A DNA stretch of 64,000 nucleotides from Podarcis liolepis. Its lineage: Eukaryota. The notes beneath the pieces were generated by a model that was not told the origin of the DNA, searched no databases, and saw only the letters and a program-made list of their open reading frames with translations. Both the position numbers and the translations under genes were made by a program. This document shows, piece after piece, positions 11,362 to 25,900 of this stretch (position 1 is the stretch's first letter; every line of letters starts with the position of its first letter). The DNA lies in assembly GCA_965112155.1 (NCBI GenBank), contig OZ218102.1; one strand, 5' to 3'.

Positions 11362-14300
11362 TCACCTGGCAGGTGTCCCAAGCAGAAACCTGAAGAAAAA
11401 GACCACCACAGCGGGCTTTAGCAGCAGCAGCAAGGCATGAACAAAAGGAACCCTTTTAAAAATTTATTTAGAAATAATTACCATTTTCATTTTTTTACAA
11501 ATTTAAAGACAACTTTACATCCAAATATCCTTGACTTCCCTTCCCCCTCCTCCCCTCCCTGGTTCATTTTATTAACTCTTTTATGCTACATAGTCTATCC
11601 CCCCGATTCTCGTTTTCCCAGTTTTATATCAAAATATTTCTTACTGCTGAATTTATTCTATTACTGTTAACATTTTAATGTGTTTACAATAATTCAGATA
11701 CTCTACATTTCTTTTCAAGTCTTCCTTATACTTTTTTTTCATCCTGATTGCTTTGTCAGAACCCAAGTTATTAATCCAAACCTCTACGCTCAAATCAAAA
11801 TGGCTTCATCACATCTGTACAAGGATATGTTAACCTACCTCCAATTTAATTACAGTGAGTCTCAGGGACAGCCAAGTCGAGCAACTACAGTGTATTTAAG
11901 TTGGTACTGTTTTTTCTACACCGTCCCCCAAGAGAAAGAGTCCTGCTCACCATTCTCCTCGTGCTGCTACAGCTTCCTTCCGCACCAGCCGCTTCTTGTC
12001 ATCCAGGGGTTTGGCCAGGGCTCGAATCACTCGTGGCTTGTAAGGTATCACCTGGTAGCAAGCAGAAGCCACCATCAATGAGGTTCCCACAGTTCCCATG
12101 GAGGTCTTAATACCTGTTTGTGCTAGCAACAGGAGACAAGTAGATCTTGGCACAAGTAAGGCAAATGTTGGAGCATCTGGCAAGCTATCGGGCAGATCCA
12201 TTACTTACCACTGGAGTGGGGAGGGAGGCAAGTGCATGGAGGCACTGTAGCGCAGCAATGCGGATTGCCTGCAATATAAATGGTACATTTAGTCTTCTGC
12301 TGACCATCCAGGAGGAAACCAGGAGTATCCAGCTGCATAAAGAGGCTACCCAGTACTCACCATAGCAGGGTTGTCTGTCAGGCTGATAAATTTGCCCACG
12401 AGTGTGTCGACGTGCAGGCTCACAATGTGTGGCGCCTCGAGCAACAGCGGCTGTAGGCAGTGCAAAGTTGAGAGCTGCACCACAAGGTCAGGACACGACA
12501 GAGCTTCCAGCAGGAGAGGTAGCAGCTGGGGGATAAGAGGGTAGAGTCATGGAATCAACAGACTTGTAGAGTTGAAAGAGACCCTAAGGATCATTTAGTT
12601 CAACTCCCTGCAATGCAGCTGTTCCACACAAGGATTGAGCCTGCAACCTTGGCATCTTCAGCACCATGCTCTAACCAACTGAGCTATCCTAGCTGAAAAA
12701 AGGGGGGAATCATTCTTCTCCATAATATGCCCCACCCACAAAATAATTCCCAAGAGTTCTTAGGGCCTGGTGCTCAGCACTGCTGCACACTCACCGTAGG
12801 CAGCTCTGTCACTAGCACTGGTTTGGGCAGGTGGTTCAGTATGTGAGACAGGCCTTTCAGGTAATTCGCCTTCACATCTAGGAAGAACAGAAGGGCAAGG
12901 CTTAATCCTGTGGCTCCGAGGAGACTCATCCGAAAAGGTTATGACAGTTTAGAAATTGAATAGCAAATGACCTCTACAGAGCCTACAGTGAAGGTCCACC
13001 TCTTGCGAGTAAAGAAAAGCAATTTGTTTGTCCCATGTAACAGGCAGAGTAGGCGAGCTCAGAGTTCTGAGCTCTCCTACCCAAAATCATCTCCAGAAAC
13101 TCCGAGGGGTCCGGGAAGAGGAAGAAAAAGGCGAGAGGCTCAGACTGCTCCTCTTGTTGTCGAGGGTTCAGAAGCTCCTACTGTCCAAAGAGGGCTACAA
13201 AAGGCAGGTCATGCAAGGAGTCCACAATTTCTGCAGACAAAAATATGCTAAAATGCTGCAGTAGCGTCCTCATTTCAATTTGACCATTATTCCAACTGTG
13301 CTCCTCCTGTTAATTCAGATGCTTTCGGTAAGAAATGGGACAGAGGAAATTCTTACCAGGAGCTGCTGTGTGGAAACCCTGCACCAACTGCGGCACGCAC
13401 TCTGTGAAGAAGCGCTGGCGGAACATGAGGCGCACCTCAGCGTGGCAGCTCTTGCCCAGCACATCTGGGGAGTCGGCCATGAGCAAGGCAAGGCCATCGC
13501 CCACCGCAGGGCCAAGGACCGTGTCCCCCAAAAGCACAAGGAGCTGTAGGGTAAAAGACAGGAGCCATTGAATGTGGTAAGGGCACAGTGGCCTCCCTGA
13601 GGGTCCCAGGCCTTTCCCAGAAGCTCACCTTGTCCGTCAGGTGTGTGGTTAGCGGGTGGTAGCGTAGCAACAAAGCCTTGCTCACCTGCAGGGCAAAAAG
13701 AAAGGAAAATTGAGCTCTGTTTCTGGCAGAGACGGGAGGGATGGGGCATGGCGGAAACTCACCCACAGCAGCAGAGTGAGGGCTTGGCTTTGATGAGGAC
13801 CCTCCTTCAGGCCATGCTCCAACTTGTTCATGGCCAGCTCCAACAGCTCATCTAATTGAGACCCTGGAAAGGGTAAAGAGACTGGCTGTTGTTCTGGGCA
13901 ACTTCTTGCATCAGTCAAGCAAGGCAACACTTAACACAGCCCAGCTCTGAGGTTTCACGAGCCTCTGAACAACATCCCCAGCCCTTCAGTCCTAGGACAG
14001 ACACAGGCTATTACTCCATCGGTTACCTGCTGGGTGCTTGTTAACCAGTCCTGCAAAGCATTTGGCAGCAGCTGTGGCAGTGAAAAGGCAGTCACAGGAG
14101 CAGCTCAGGGCTAGCAGTTCACGTAGCAAGCGGTCTTGCTGAGGAATTGGAACCTGAAAGGAAGCCAGAGCGTGGGGAGGCATGGAGGCAACAGCAGAGC
14201 TTCAAGCTGCTGGTTCCCAGCATCACTTGCCTAGGGATCAGACACACAAGGCAGGATGGATAGATCCATTCTCTCAGCCATGAGGCAGCCTCCCCCCGCC

Positions 14301-17300
14301 CCAGCAAATCTTCCCCAGGACTCACATTCCTTGGCAGTGAGCAGACAAAGGCCATGAGGAGAGCAACAAGCCTTCTCTGGGCTGCCATCAGACACTGCCC
14401 GTCCTATAAAGGAAAAGAAATATTGTTTCCACTACCAAAGTCTCTGGCCACATTTCCCTATACGCAGCAGCAGCAGCAGCAGTGCCTCACTCATACAAGA
14501 TACCTGGAAGGGCTGGAACGTGCTGGGAAAGGTGTTTCCAGGTTGGAAGAAAAGCTCTCCATCCAAGAAGAGGGGAACCACTTTGGAGACACTCTGGGCA
14601 GCCTGCCTGCCAGGAAGAAGAAACAAGAACACTGGTTTACAGCACATAATAATATAACAATTCATTATTTATATGCTGCCCATCTGACTCCGTTGCCCCA
14701 GCCACTCTGGGCAGCTTCCAACAAATTAAAACATCAAACATTAAAAACTTCCCTATACAGGGCCTCCTTCAGATGTTTTCTAAAAGTCAAGATAGTTGTT
14801 TCATTTCCTTGACATCTGACAGTAGTATAAAAACACCAAGGAGGGGAAGGGGAGACTGCCTGCACTTCTGTTCGTGGAGTCATGCTAGAACCTGACCTTA
14901 TCCAAAAGCACTTGTCACTCTGCAGGGACAGAGATCACAGGATGGCAGCAGCTGCTACTCACTCTGGTCTTAAGTGCGTACACGCACTGCTGATGACTGA
15001 TACCATGGCTGATAAGGCTTCTTCCTTCAGCAGCACACTGCTTGGCAATGTATGGGAATTCTCTGGAAATAGTCATGAAAAGGGGGGGGGGGGATAAATG
15101 TGAGGGGATGGAGACAGTTCCTGGAATCCCATCAGCTGCCTTTCAGTTTGCCACCTGCATAATGGACACCTGGCAGGGACACTGAGATTGGCCCCAAGTG
15201 GGTAAAGGCCAGCCCAGCACAAGGGAAAGGTAACTCCCTTTCTCTCAAGGTTCAAAAGTACACAGAACCCCACCTGAGCTATGGGTACTGGCCTGGTTCG
15301 GGGAGCACAGGGTCTGTGCTCATCTCCCCACCTTACCTTGCATTGCAGCCTTGACTGCTAAGCCCACCAAGCAGGGCACCACAGCCTGGTGGAAGTACCA
15401 GTAACTCTGAGCATCTTGCTGGCACTGGAATGCTACCTGCTGCAGACTCTGGCACACAGACACCACAGAGTGGGTATCTGCAGGTATACTTTCTGCAAAA
15501 TCAAAAATCAAAAGAGCATTCAGGGTGGAGGTTACTGGTTCCAAGGTGTTTTTCTTTTTTAAAAAATTACTCATACATTATCACCAGGGCCATTTAAAGG
15601 CATCACATTGTGTCAGAAATGGGTTATGGGCCAAAACAGTCAAAGACTGATGGTCCTAGGCTTCCAACAACAAGCTGTACTTCACCCGCTAATGACAGAA
15701 TTATGGGACTGTAGGCACCTAAAGGTTACCAAGGCTCAGTGTACAAACAGCTCTCTACTAACCCCTTCCATTGGAACAAGGAAGCTCGGCCTTACAAGGA
15801 GTCAGGCTCCTGGGTCCACTTAACACAGAGCTGCCTGCACTGACTGGCTGTGGCTCTTCAGTGGTTTCAGACAGGAAGTCATGGAAACATAAATTGTAGG
15901 GTTGGAAGGGACCCTGGGGATCATCTAGTCCAACCCCCTGCAATGCAGAAATGGGCAGCTGTCCCATACAGGGATTGAACCTGAAACCTTGCCATTATCA
16001 GCACCACACTTTAACCAACTGAGCTATCCAGTCTTTTCTGGAGATGGCAGGGATGGAACCTGAGGCCTTCTCCATGTTTAGCAGACGCTCTACTACTGAG
16101 CTCCAGCCCTTCCCAATCTTACACATCCTATTAATGATACACATATGCTGAGCCCTTCTGTTATTGCTGTCCCAAGCACTGGGCTAGGTTCCTCGCTTCC
16201 GAAGTATCAATAGTTTATCACATACAATTCTTACACTACCTTGCTGAATCTGCTGGAAGTGCTGCAGGAGGACTGGAACTGTTTCCCTCACTATACTAGG
16301 GTGCGTGGACACAGCTGCTAGAGCCTGCAGGCGACGTTCCTGCTGGGATGGATTGCTGTCCTCCTGAAGCTCTGAAACAGCACACAGAACACAAGAGCTA
16401 GTCAATGAATTTGTCCCTAGGGACAGGGCCATGGAGGTACCGCCTTCCACCCCTCCACATGAACATGGATTTGGGAATGGTTGATTCTTGGACCTGGAAC
16501 TAACCTATCCGTCTGCCCGTTTGGCCTTACTCACATTCCTCAAGGCACAGAGACCGCGCAGATTCAAGTCAAAGCCCCCTGCAATGGCTCTGCCTACAAT
16601 GCTGCTAGCACTCAGGGATAGACGCTGTGGACTTCTGCACAAATGCTTAGTAAAGGCAGCATAAGAGAGGACACCCACTTCCCCACAACCCGCCCAACTT
16701 GCATGCTGTACCTGATTGCAGCCCTTCTGAGAACTTCTGAACCAAGCACTTGCTGAAGGCTTGTGGATAGAGGGGAGCCAGGCGTCCGGCCGCCTCCATA
16801 GCTACCATGCTGCAGGGATAAAGGAGTGTGCAAGGATGGATGAACTTGTTGGCCACTCAATACCGTAAAGCAACTCACAGATCTTTCTGTGGTAATCTAA
16901 TTTTATAATTGTAATATTGAGCTGTGTGTGCACTACATTTTATAAAAATGTTCCCTTGATTACAAGAGCTCTTTGGACAAGAACGCAGCTTAGACAGCGA
17001 TGCAGGCTGCCCAGGTTTTGTTAAGCTCACTCTACCCGGGTTCATCTAAGAACTTATCAGAAGAGAGTGGGATTCTCACATCACTATAGAAACTATGGAA
17101 AGGTATCACTGGATTTGTTTGGGAACTGTCCTGTGACTCGCAGGTTTGGATGCACTGCGCACTGAATAGGAAATGCAGGAAGGCCAGAGGAAAAGATACA
17201 GCACTTGAAATCTTAAAACAAACAACAGGATGTTACCAAGCTAGACATTTTTTTTTTAAAAAAAAGGATTTAAAGAATATTACACTATGAGGGACATTTT

Positions 17301-20300
17301 TATGGAAGAATGTTTAACTACACTATTGGGTTCAGTCTGAAATGAATCTGTGCTAAGAGAATGAGGATATGAGCTCTATTCACACATTAGAACAAAGCAT
17401 GATAAACCAAAGGATGTTTTAGTACAAAACTTAAGATTGAAAAAAGATCATAAAAGCAGTATTAGTAAAGCCCTTTTCTTAATTAAAACACATGCAAACC
17501 TTAACAGATGCAAACCTTAACAACACCAAACAGAAGCAGAATTTTGGATTAAGAAATGAGTAATTCATGAGACTGTGTTAGAAACCTTGTCATTTGCCAT
17601 TTATAGGTAGTGGACTAAAAGAATGTAAACATTTTCAATATTTAGAAAGAGATAAGCCCAAAGACAATTCTGAGAAGTTCAACAATGCCTGCTGTTTCCC
17701 TTGCACCCACAGGGTCCAGCTTTGTTTCCACCCCTCACCTGGTCTGGGAATCGTCCTCATGCAAGATTAACTTTGTAAGGTGATCCACAAACATCTCCAC
17801 ATCTGAGAGGGTCAGGAGCCCTGAAACGGAAGAGAGACTGAAGTTCAAAGCCTTTCCTTTTCCTGGTAGTAACACTCTGCTATCATTGCCAGTTTTACTA
17901 TATTGCATTCCACTTCCTAGAGGCTGCCTGCAGCCCATATAGTCCAAGTTATGCAAGGTGGGGTGGGACAGTACCTAATCTGATTCAAGTCCAGCTGTCT
18001 GGCTGCGCACACATGATGGAAACAGGTCTGTGTGCACGCTAGATGGATCTGTAAAGGAATGCACACCAAGGGGAAAATCTCTAAACAAGCTGTAATTCTT
18101 CCATGACTCCTGGGAGTAACCCACAGATCAACACATACCTTGCAGTGATCCTAGAAAGGTCAGAACCCGGATGCCAACCAACTGAAGTTGCACACTGGAC
18201 TCAGAAAGTGCAGAGAACACCACGGAACACAGGGCATCTTTGAAACAAAGCAGTGGACTCTTGTCTGCAAGGGAGAGAAACAGGCACACAGGCAGTGTCA
18301 TGAGACTGGCCATCCTGGGCACGAATCACTAGAAATTACAAGGTCCTTGGTAGGGGCGCTTTAACTTTCTAACCCGGAGTCTGAGAGGATTGTGATCAGA
18401 ATTTAGATAGTGAGGAATGAGAAACTTCCTAAAATTCTGAGTGGTCAGCACTGGTACCTGGATAAGAAAAAAACACAGATGGGTTGCTCATTAAGAGCAG
18501 TCACCCACCAAGGTTACTCAACTGCAGTCACCATGTCATCCTGCAAAAAGCATTTCTACTTGGTCACTGAAAGCCATGCTCAAAGAAACTTTGGTTCTGG
18601 AATATTTGGCTGGGGTCCCAATTGCACTGCATTTAAAGCACTCTCATGCCGCTTTAAACAGTCATGGCTTCCCCCAAAGAATCCTGGGAACTGTAGTTTG
18701 TTAAGGGTGCTGAGAACTGCTAGAACAGGGATTGCTTGTTAAACCACTCTGGGAATTTTAGCTCTGTGAGGGGAATACTGATCTCCAAACTATCTGTTGT
18801 TTAAGGTGATATGATACTGCTTTAAATGTGTGCTGTAGTTGGAACCCAACTCTTGTGCATGCATTTTCTAAGACTTCTCTCACCAACCACAAGGGCTAGA
18901 ATTTCTTCTGGGAAGCTATCCTGTCAAACTCTTTGTTTTTCAATTCTGTTGTCTCCGCATTTCTCTTCTCCCTATTACTGCACCTATCTCACTGCCCGCC
19001 CCCCTTCCCAGACAGGCCATTGCTAAATCCCATAGATTAAGGTGACTATTCTCTGCAAACAACTGCTCTGGGCAAGACAGGAACATTGGAAGCCCAGGAT
19101 GCTGCAGAAGGGCAGCCTTGCTAGTAGGAAACAAGAAGGATGGAGAACCATCTCACCGTCTTCCTCAGGCCCCCACTGTTGCCGCAGCTCCAAGAAACCA
19201 AGCAGCACTTCCAAGATTGTCCTGTGCTGGCTACTCTACAAGAGATCAAAAAGGGCAGAGGATGGGTTGAAGGGACTAAGACACAGAAGGAGAGACAAGA
19301 TCTGCAGGCCATTGTCCTACATAGAATATGAGCCCAAGCATATGCCTGGGGCAGGTATATGCCACTAAACGTCCCTTAATATGAGATTGCAGTCACCTAA
19401 GCCCCTTTCACTACTCTCCATCACAAGCATATTCCGCTCCCATTTGTCCTCACCTGCTCATGCTTGGTGTACTGTTCCACCAGCAAGGGAAGTACACTGT
19501 ATGTGATCCGGTAATAGGCTCGCAAAGAGGCCCCTGCAGCCGCCTGCAAGAGTTTGGCACTTGGCCACACCAGCTTCATGTCAGGCTCACAAAGATGGTG
19601 TCTGCAATCTGAAACAGGTAAGAGCGCTTGGGAGAAACAGTATCACTCCCAATGCCACTGCAGAAAACCCAGCAAGAAATAGCACTACTTAATTCCACCA
19701 GCTTGCAAACTGCAAACAGTTTCAAACTTGCTGCCTTCCCACAAGTCAGCTCCAGTTTCCACCCCTTCCCTCCAGTCCTGTAAGCCAAATCATGGCTGCA
19801 ACAGCATGACAAGATATTTTTCCCTTGGGGAAGTGGTCATTTCCTCCAAGCAGCAGTTTATGAATGAGAAATGGAAGGTCTTTCACAGGACTGGAAAGAT
19901 GCTAGGAAAGGGATGCTGCTCCAAAGGTTACCTTGCAGAATGCCTGTAAGGAAGGAATCTAAAAGATCCTCATCATCGGAACTGAGCACCAAGCGGGACA
20001 GACATGTTGACAGAGCACGCAAAGCAGACAGACCTTCTGCTTCAATCTTCTCGCTTGCTGTCTGGAACACCTGTTGAGGAGCAGGAGGGGCATCAGCTGT
20101 ACAGTGCAGACAATCCTGCAAATAATCCAGTCAGTGATCCCGCAATCCAGCAAGTAATCCAGTGATCCAGCCAGTGATCATAATGAAAGGGGGGGAAGGG
20201 GGTTATTTGCTTCTTTATAGGTCCATCAAATATTACAACAGCCTGATAATTCACTGTAATGAAACTACTGTATTGGCCCGAATGTAAGTCGCACACGAAT

Positions 20301-22856
20301 ATAAGCCGCACCTTTAAAATTCAATGGGGGAAAAGGGGGGGAATACCCGAATATAAGTCGCTCCCTTAAAATTCTGCATGCACTCACACCCTTTCTGTTT
20401 TACCATATTTCTGTTTCAACAGCAATATCGTAAAAGCCAATTTTTGTAAGGTCACGAATGTAAATTTAAACCACACTCTAACTTTTCACGGACGGAATTT
20501 GGGGGGAAAAGTGAGGCTTATATTCAGGCCAATGTAGTATATAATGTTTCAAGCAGTCCCCAGGCACAGAGAGCAGGAACAATGTAATGGATGCACTTTC
20601 ACAGGACACCAGAACCACCTCGCTTTGGGAATCCTCACTCCTCTCACCTCCCTGCGCAGGGATGACCAAAGGCTGGGTAGGAACTCCTTCAGCTCCTTCT
20701 CCCCATAGATCATGCAGGCAGCATTCTGCAAAAGAAAGAAAGGTGGGGGCAGGGGGGGGAGAGTAAGACATGAGTCATCTGGGGTGTGCTGTTAATTTGC
20801 AGTCAAGATGCTGCATTACCTAGAAGCAGCACCAGAGCCACCGCCACCCCTTAAATCAGCTTGAAGGGCACATAAATCCCAGGGCAGGGGAAAGAGAAAA
20901 GTGCATGCTTGCTTTGAGGAAAGCTGCAGGAGCAGAGAGGGCTGCATGGCAACCTACTGCGGAGCCTTGATACCTTTGCTCAGTGCTCTTACCAAGGTTT
21001 GCAGGGAGTCCAGCTTGGCACTTTGTACGTCAGAGTCCATTTTCTCAATGAGCAACGGGATCAGGAACTGTAAGGAGAGAAGATCCTGGAAATCTCAATA
21101 TACTTTGCTCAGCATAATTTGGGGTTATAATATACCTCAGAAGATCAGACCAGCAGGCCTCACAAAACAATGTAAAACCCATATAAAGAGCACAATGCAA
21201 TACTCTCCACTGACGCCACCTTGGTGGTGACTGGGTATTTGTGTTAGAATACTGCACAGTCTGCTATCATCTTAGCCAAGAGGGGAGTGCCCATCATTGT
21301 AGAGGGCCTAGATTCACTCATGCAGGCAGGAAGCTACCACTTGTGGTTTTGCTGGCAGTAGCCACTGGAAAGCTCTGAGAGGCTCATCAGGCTCTCAGCT
21401 GCACCTGCCTGGAGCTAGTGTAGCAAAAAATGAGGAAAAAACACTCCCCACCTTTTGCCTGGCAGGGCTTTGGATATGATGCTCAGGTGCCTCAGCTCTG
21501 CCCACTGCTGCCTGGCCAGGGTTAAGATTGCTCCAGCAGTTTCATAAATTTCTGACTTTATTCTAATTCTATGAGGGGCAAAATATACCTACCACGGCAG
21601 CAATTTGTGTAGCATATGGGCCATTTCAGAGAGCCATTAATCCCAGCTTTTTTAAATAAAAAAGGAAATATTTATTTATATCTATAAATCAAGCTCTCTG
21701 TCCAAAGTCTGATGGTAGTAGCAGTTTGAAAGATCAGTGTTGGGAAATGCAAAAGGACCGGAGAGTAAATTTACTCCCCAACTCAATATATCTGCAATAG
21801 ACTGAAGTCTCAAAGTTAAGGGCAAAATTATCTCTACAATATGCTTGTTCTGGGAATAAATGCATTGGCTTATCCTAATGAAGGTTCTGACAATGTGATG
21901 CTCCCATCAAGAGAAGAAGGAATTTTCACCTTGCACCCGCTTTGCCCTTCAAAAATCTTGTCCAGAGCAGCATGAAAGGTGGTGCAAGGGGGAGGGAAGA
22001 TCTGCAATCAATGTTCCCTTCCCCAACACCTCTATATTCATAGATGGCTTTTTAGGATCCAAATTGTTGTGCACCACTACAGCAACATCTTCTGTTGATG
22101 AGGATAAACTATTACAAATGGCTGCATTATGGACCCCAGTAAGGGAAGTTTTTAATGTTTGATGTTTTATTGTGCTTTTAATTCTGTTGGGAGCCGCTCA
22201 GAGTGGCTGAGGAAACTCAGCCAGATGGGCAGTGTATGTATGTATGTATGTATAATAATAATAATAATAATAAGAAGAAGAAGAAGAAGAAGAAGAAGTC
22301 CACCCCAACTCTGTCAATGTATTATTGCTCAACATGGTGTATCAGGATGGGAACCAACTCTGCTACAGGGTCTCAGGAAGAACCCACAGGGCACAGAAAA
22401 CAGACTTCAGCCATGATACACAATGGCCCTACCTCAGCAAAAATGGGAGTGGAGGTCAGCACTGCCCGCAGGCTGATGATCAAGTCTTCTCTCTGGATTC
22501 CATGAGGGTCATTGGAGGGCTGGAACAGAAGCAAAATCGAAAGATTTAGACATGAATGTACTGAATAAACCCATCTCCATAGGGACACCCCCAGTTCCAG
22601 GCATTACACAAACTATCCTGCTCCAACACCCATATCCAAAGCATTGTGAAGGAGGGACAAAGCACCAGATTTACTCACTCACAGGGGTAAAGTCGATGGG
22701 GAAGTAGCAGGAAGTCACCTCAAACAACTCCTCTGCGAAGGGCCCTGAAAGGTGAAGACAGCAGTATGAGTTCTTTGAGTGACCAAAACAGTCAGTCACA
22801 AGTCTGGACATGGACTATTTATTTGCATCCTATTTAGTGCTACCATTCTCACAGGT

Positions 22857-22901
<45 letters not shown>

Positions 22902-25900
22902 TGTTCCATGGCCTCAACAGCAGATATAACCTGTGGTTCTATGTTCAATGATTCCAAAGCTATGCACGCTTTAACAAGCTCCCCATACAGCCTGCATCCT
23001 CACACACCGCAGGCATGATAAGAAGTTTAACCAACCAACCAACCGCTGCCAACATGGGCTTCCCCACACTGCCAAGGCCTTGGACATACCCAATGCATAG
23101 CCCTTCACAATGATGTCTCGTACAATCTGGAAGGCTATTAACAGGTTGCGTGGGTCCTTCTCTCCATCCATCACCTGGATGAACCCGAAGGTGAAATCGG
23201 CACCCAGACCTTTCAGTTCTGCAGGAAAAAGCATCAGGTAAGGAAATTCCCAGGGTTTTCCAGCAGGGTGTCCGACTCAGCCCCTTCCACAGCCATCCAT
23301 CTCACCTGCCTCTCGGCTGCTCATGAAGTTAGTAATGATACTGTAGATTGTATGGCGATCCGCTTGCAGCAAAGACTGGAAGATAAGAAAAGCATAGCTG
23401 GGAAATAAAGCAGTATTACGTGAACCTGTTCCAAGCCTTAGAGATTTATGTTTTTGTTATGATCCCTCTCCAGTTCATGTTATCATACTCTGGTCCATAG
23501 ATTTGGGTGCCTAATTTGCCAGAAAGACAATTAAGATACTGCAGGCAAGTCAGAAATTTACACACACCCAGCTGAAGGCCAGGACCTTCCATAACATCCT
23601 CTCTACCTTTATTTTTAGTCTTGCTGAGAGTATCTCCAATTCCCTTAATGTCCCATGTAAAAATCAAGATATACACATTCACATCGGAACTAGAGGATAC
23701 ATGTGTCTACTCCTTTTATATTTAATTACTCAAGGCTCAGAGAAGTTGCCACAATCTCATCTTGTCCACCCACCCAACTACTCTTTCAAATAAGGTTATT
23801 AATAAAGGCAGTGGGGAGTTGGTAAAGAATGGCAGCTAATATAGTTACTTGCCAAAGGCAACTTAACAAGTCATGATAAATTTGAACCTATATCCAACTC
23901 CGGTGCACTATTCCCCCAGGCCGTGTTTCATAGTTTTATTTATTTATTAAAGAACTATTTCTAGCCTGCCTTTCTGGGCAATGACCATCCAAGATGACTT
24001 ACAACAACGGACCATTACAAAATATCAGTAATACAGCCATAAAACCACCAAGTCTCAGATTTTCTAATATCGTTTAGACGGTGTCAAAGAGCGGAGGATA
24101 TGATTCTCCGAACTTCTGCCATGATCCAGTGCTTCAATTCTCTTGACAGCAAGAAAATATCGATGAGCAGGTCTTAGCCAAGAGAACTACTGTGTATTGT
24201 CCACCAAGAGGGACCACAGGAGGTACAGGATACTTCAGGAACTAGTTTAATAATAATAATAATGAGAACAGAAAGGCTGAAGCATGGATGTGGAACGCAA
24301 AGGCAAAATTAGAGAGTCTATCAGGGCTTCTCTGACTTACCTGGACATGAACCTCCTGGAAAATGGCCTTGAGAACAGACACTGCCAGACCTGGAGCCAA
24401 TGCCACACACATACTCTAGAGACAAGGAAAGTAATGGTAACAACTCAGTACCCATCTACATGTACAATGGCTGCCGGTTAGCATGTTTAAGGCCTCAGAC
24501 TGCCCTGTATGGCATATTATCAGTAAGTGCAATGGAAACAAACAAAAGAAGCCCATCATTTAATCAGTGTGACAGTGACCCAATCATTAAGGGAGAAAGG
24601 GGGGAAATTCACTGTTAACTAATCCCTATAAATCCCAAGTAGATTCAGAAAAGATTCTTTCTACACCAGCACCTACTACCTTAATCAGCCTGTCTTGTAG
24701 CAGCTTTCACTGGTCTCAGTTAAATGAGCCACAGCTGTCAATCTGCTATCCTTGGGGCACCCCAATTTTCTACCACTGAGTAGATGAATAGAGAGTGTCC
24801 CCAGTTTTGTCATAGATTGTTATCCCTTGATTATTTCTGCAAGGCTTCTTATGAAAATTATTTGCTTTTTTGTAATAATCTTATCAGGTGATCCATTCTG
24901 TATTTCTGTTTCTTTAATATATTTTGCTCCAATTTTATTGTGTTATGATGTTTTGGTTTTAACCAAGATCTAGGGCACCATATACATATACTTTTATATT
25001 AAGTTGCAACACAGAAATGAATAAACAAGAATGACTACCATAAAAACAATTCTCACCAGAGCTTTGAGTCCCTGCAGCACAGAAGAAATGACCAGGTGAT
25101 GATCTTTCAGCCGGTTCTCATAGAACAAGACCAGGTGGGACACTGGAACAGACAAACATTATCGGAAACTAGGGCTATGGTGGTAGTTAGGCTTAGCTAA
25201 CACAAATAGAGATATCCATGGGGCAAATTGGCATCTACATCAGCCTCAGCAGATTTGAAAGGATGAAGGAAAATGCAGAATTATCACAGGTCACTTGGCA
25301 ATACAGGCATTCGCCCCCTACTTTTGGCTCCTCAGACCTATTTTAAAAAATTCATCTGATGAATGGTTGCACACAAGCATAAAATGCCTAACACTATGAC
25401 CAAAGAAACAGCAAGAGGACATTCTGAAAGGGAAACTGCAAGGTAACTGAACACTTAAGATCTCCCATCTCATAGGACATTCTGTGGTGCAGAACCATAG
25501 ATCAGACCGCCACTAATCATGTGTTCTTGGGATTGCAGATATTATTAGGATTATGATTATTGAAAGTTAACAATGAATATGCTACCCACATAGCTCTGGA
25601 CCACAGCATGGTAAGTAGGTTCCTGCGAAGCCACTCAGTGATGGGCACTGCTAAGGCTCTGAAACTAGCTTATACTGTACACATTTGGGAAAACTGAGGC
25701 AGGAGTCTCAGTATTCCAGGAGAGTCATACCATTAAGTCAAACCCTCCCTCTCTGTGTCACCCTAAAATCCATAATCCTCTTGAAAGTACAAAATACGCT
25801 ACTCCTTACTGCCACGGTAAGGCATTGCCTTCCATCTTCGCTCTCTTCCAAACATTTAACTGCTTTCTAATAGAAAGTTAGAGCTTTCAATAAACCTGAG

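Noticed and set aside
13028-13264. Plus-strand ORF in MMS19 intron 26 that looks helical and protein-like
   Set aside because: No ATG or upstream partner exon identified and no recognisable homology; needs tBLASTn or PhyloCSF.
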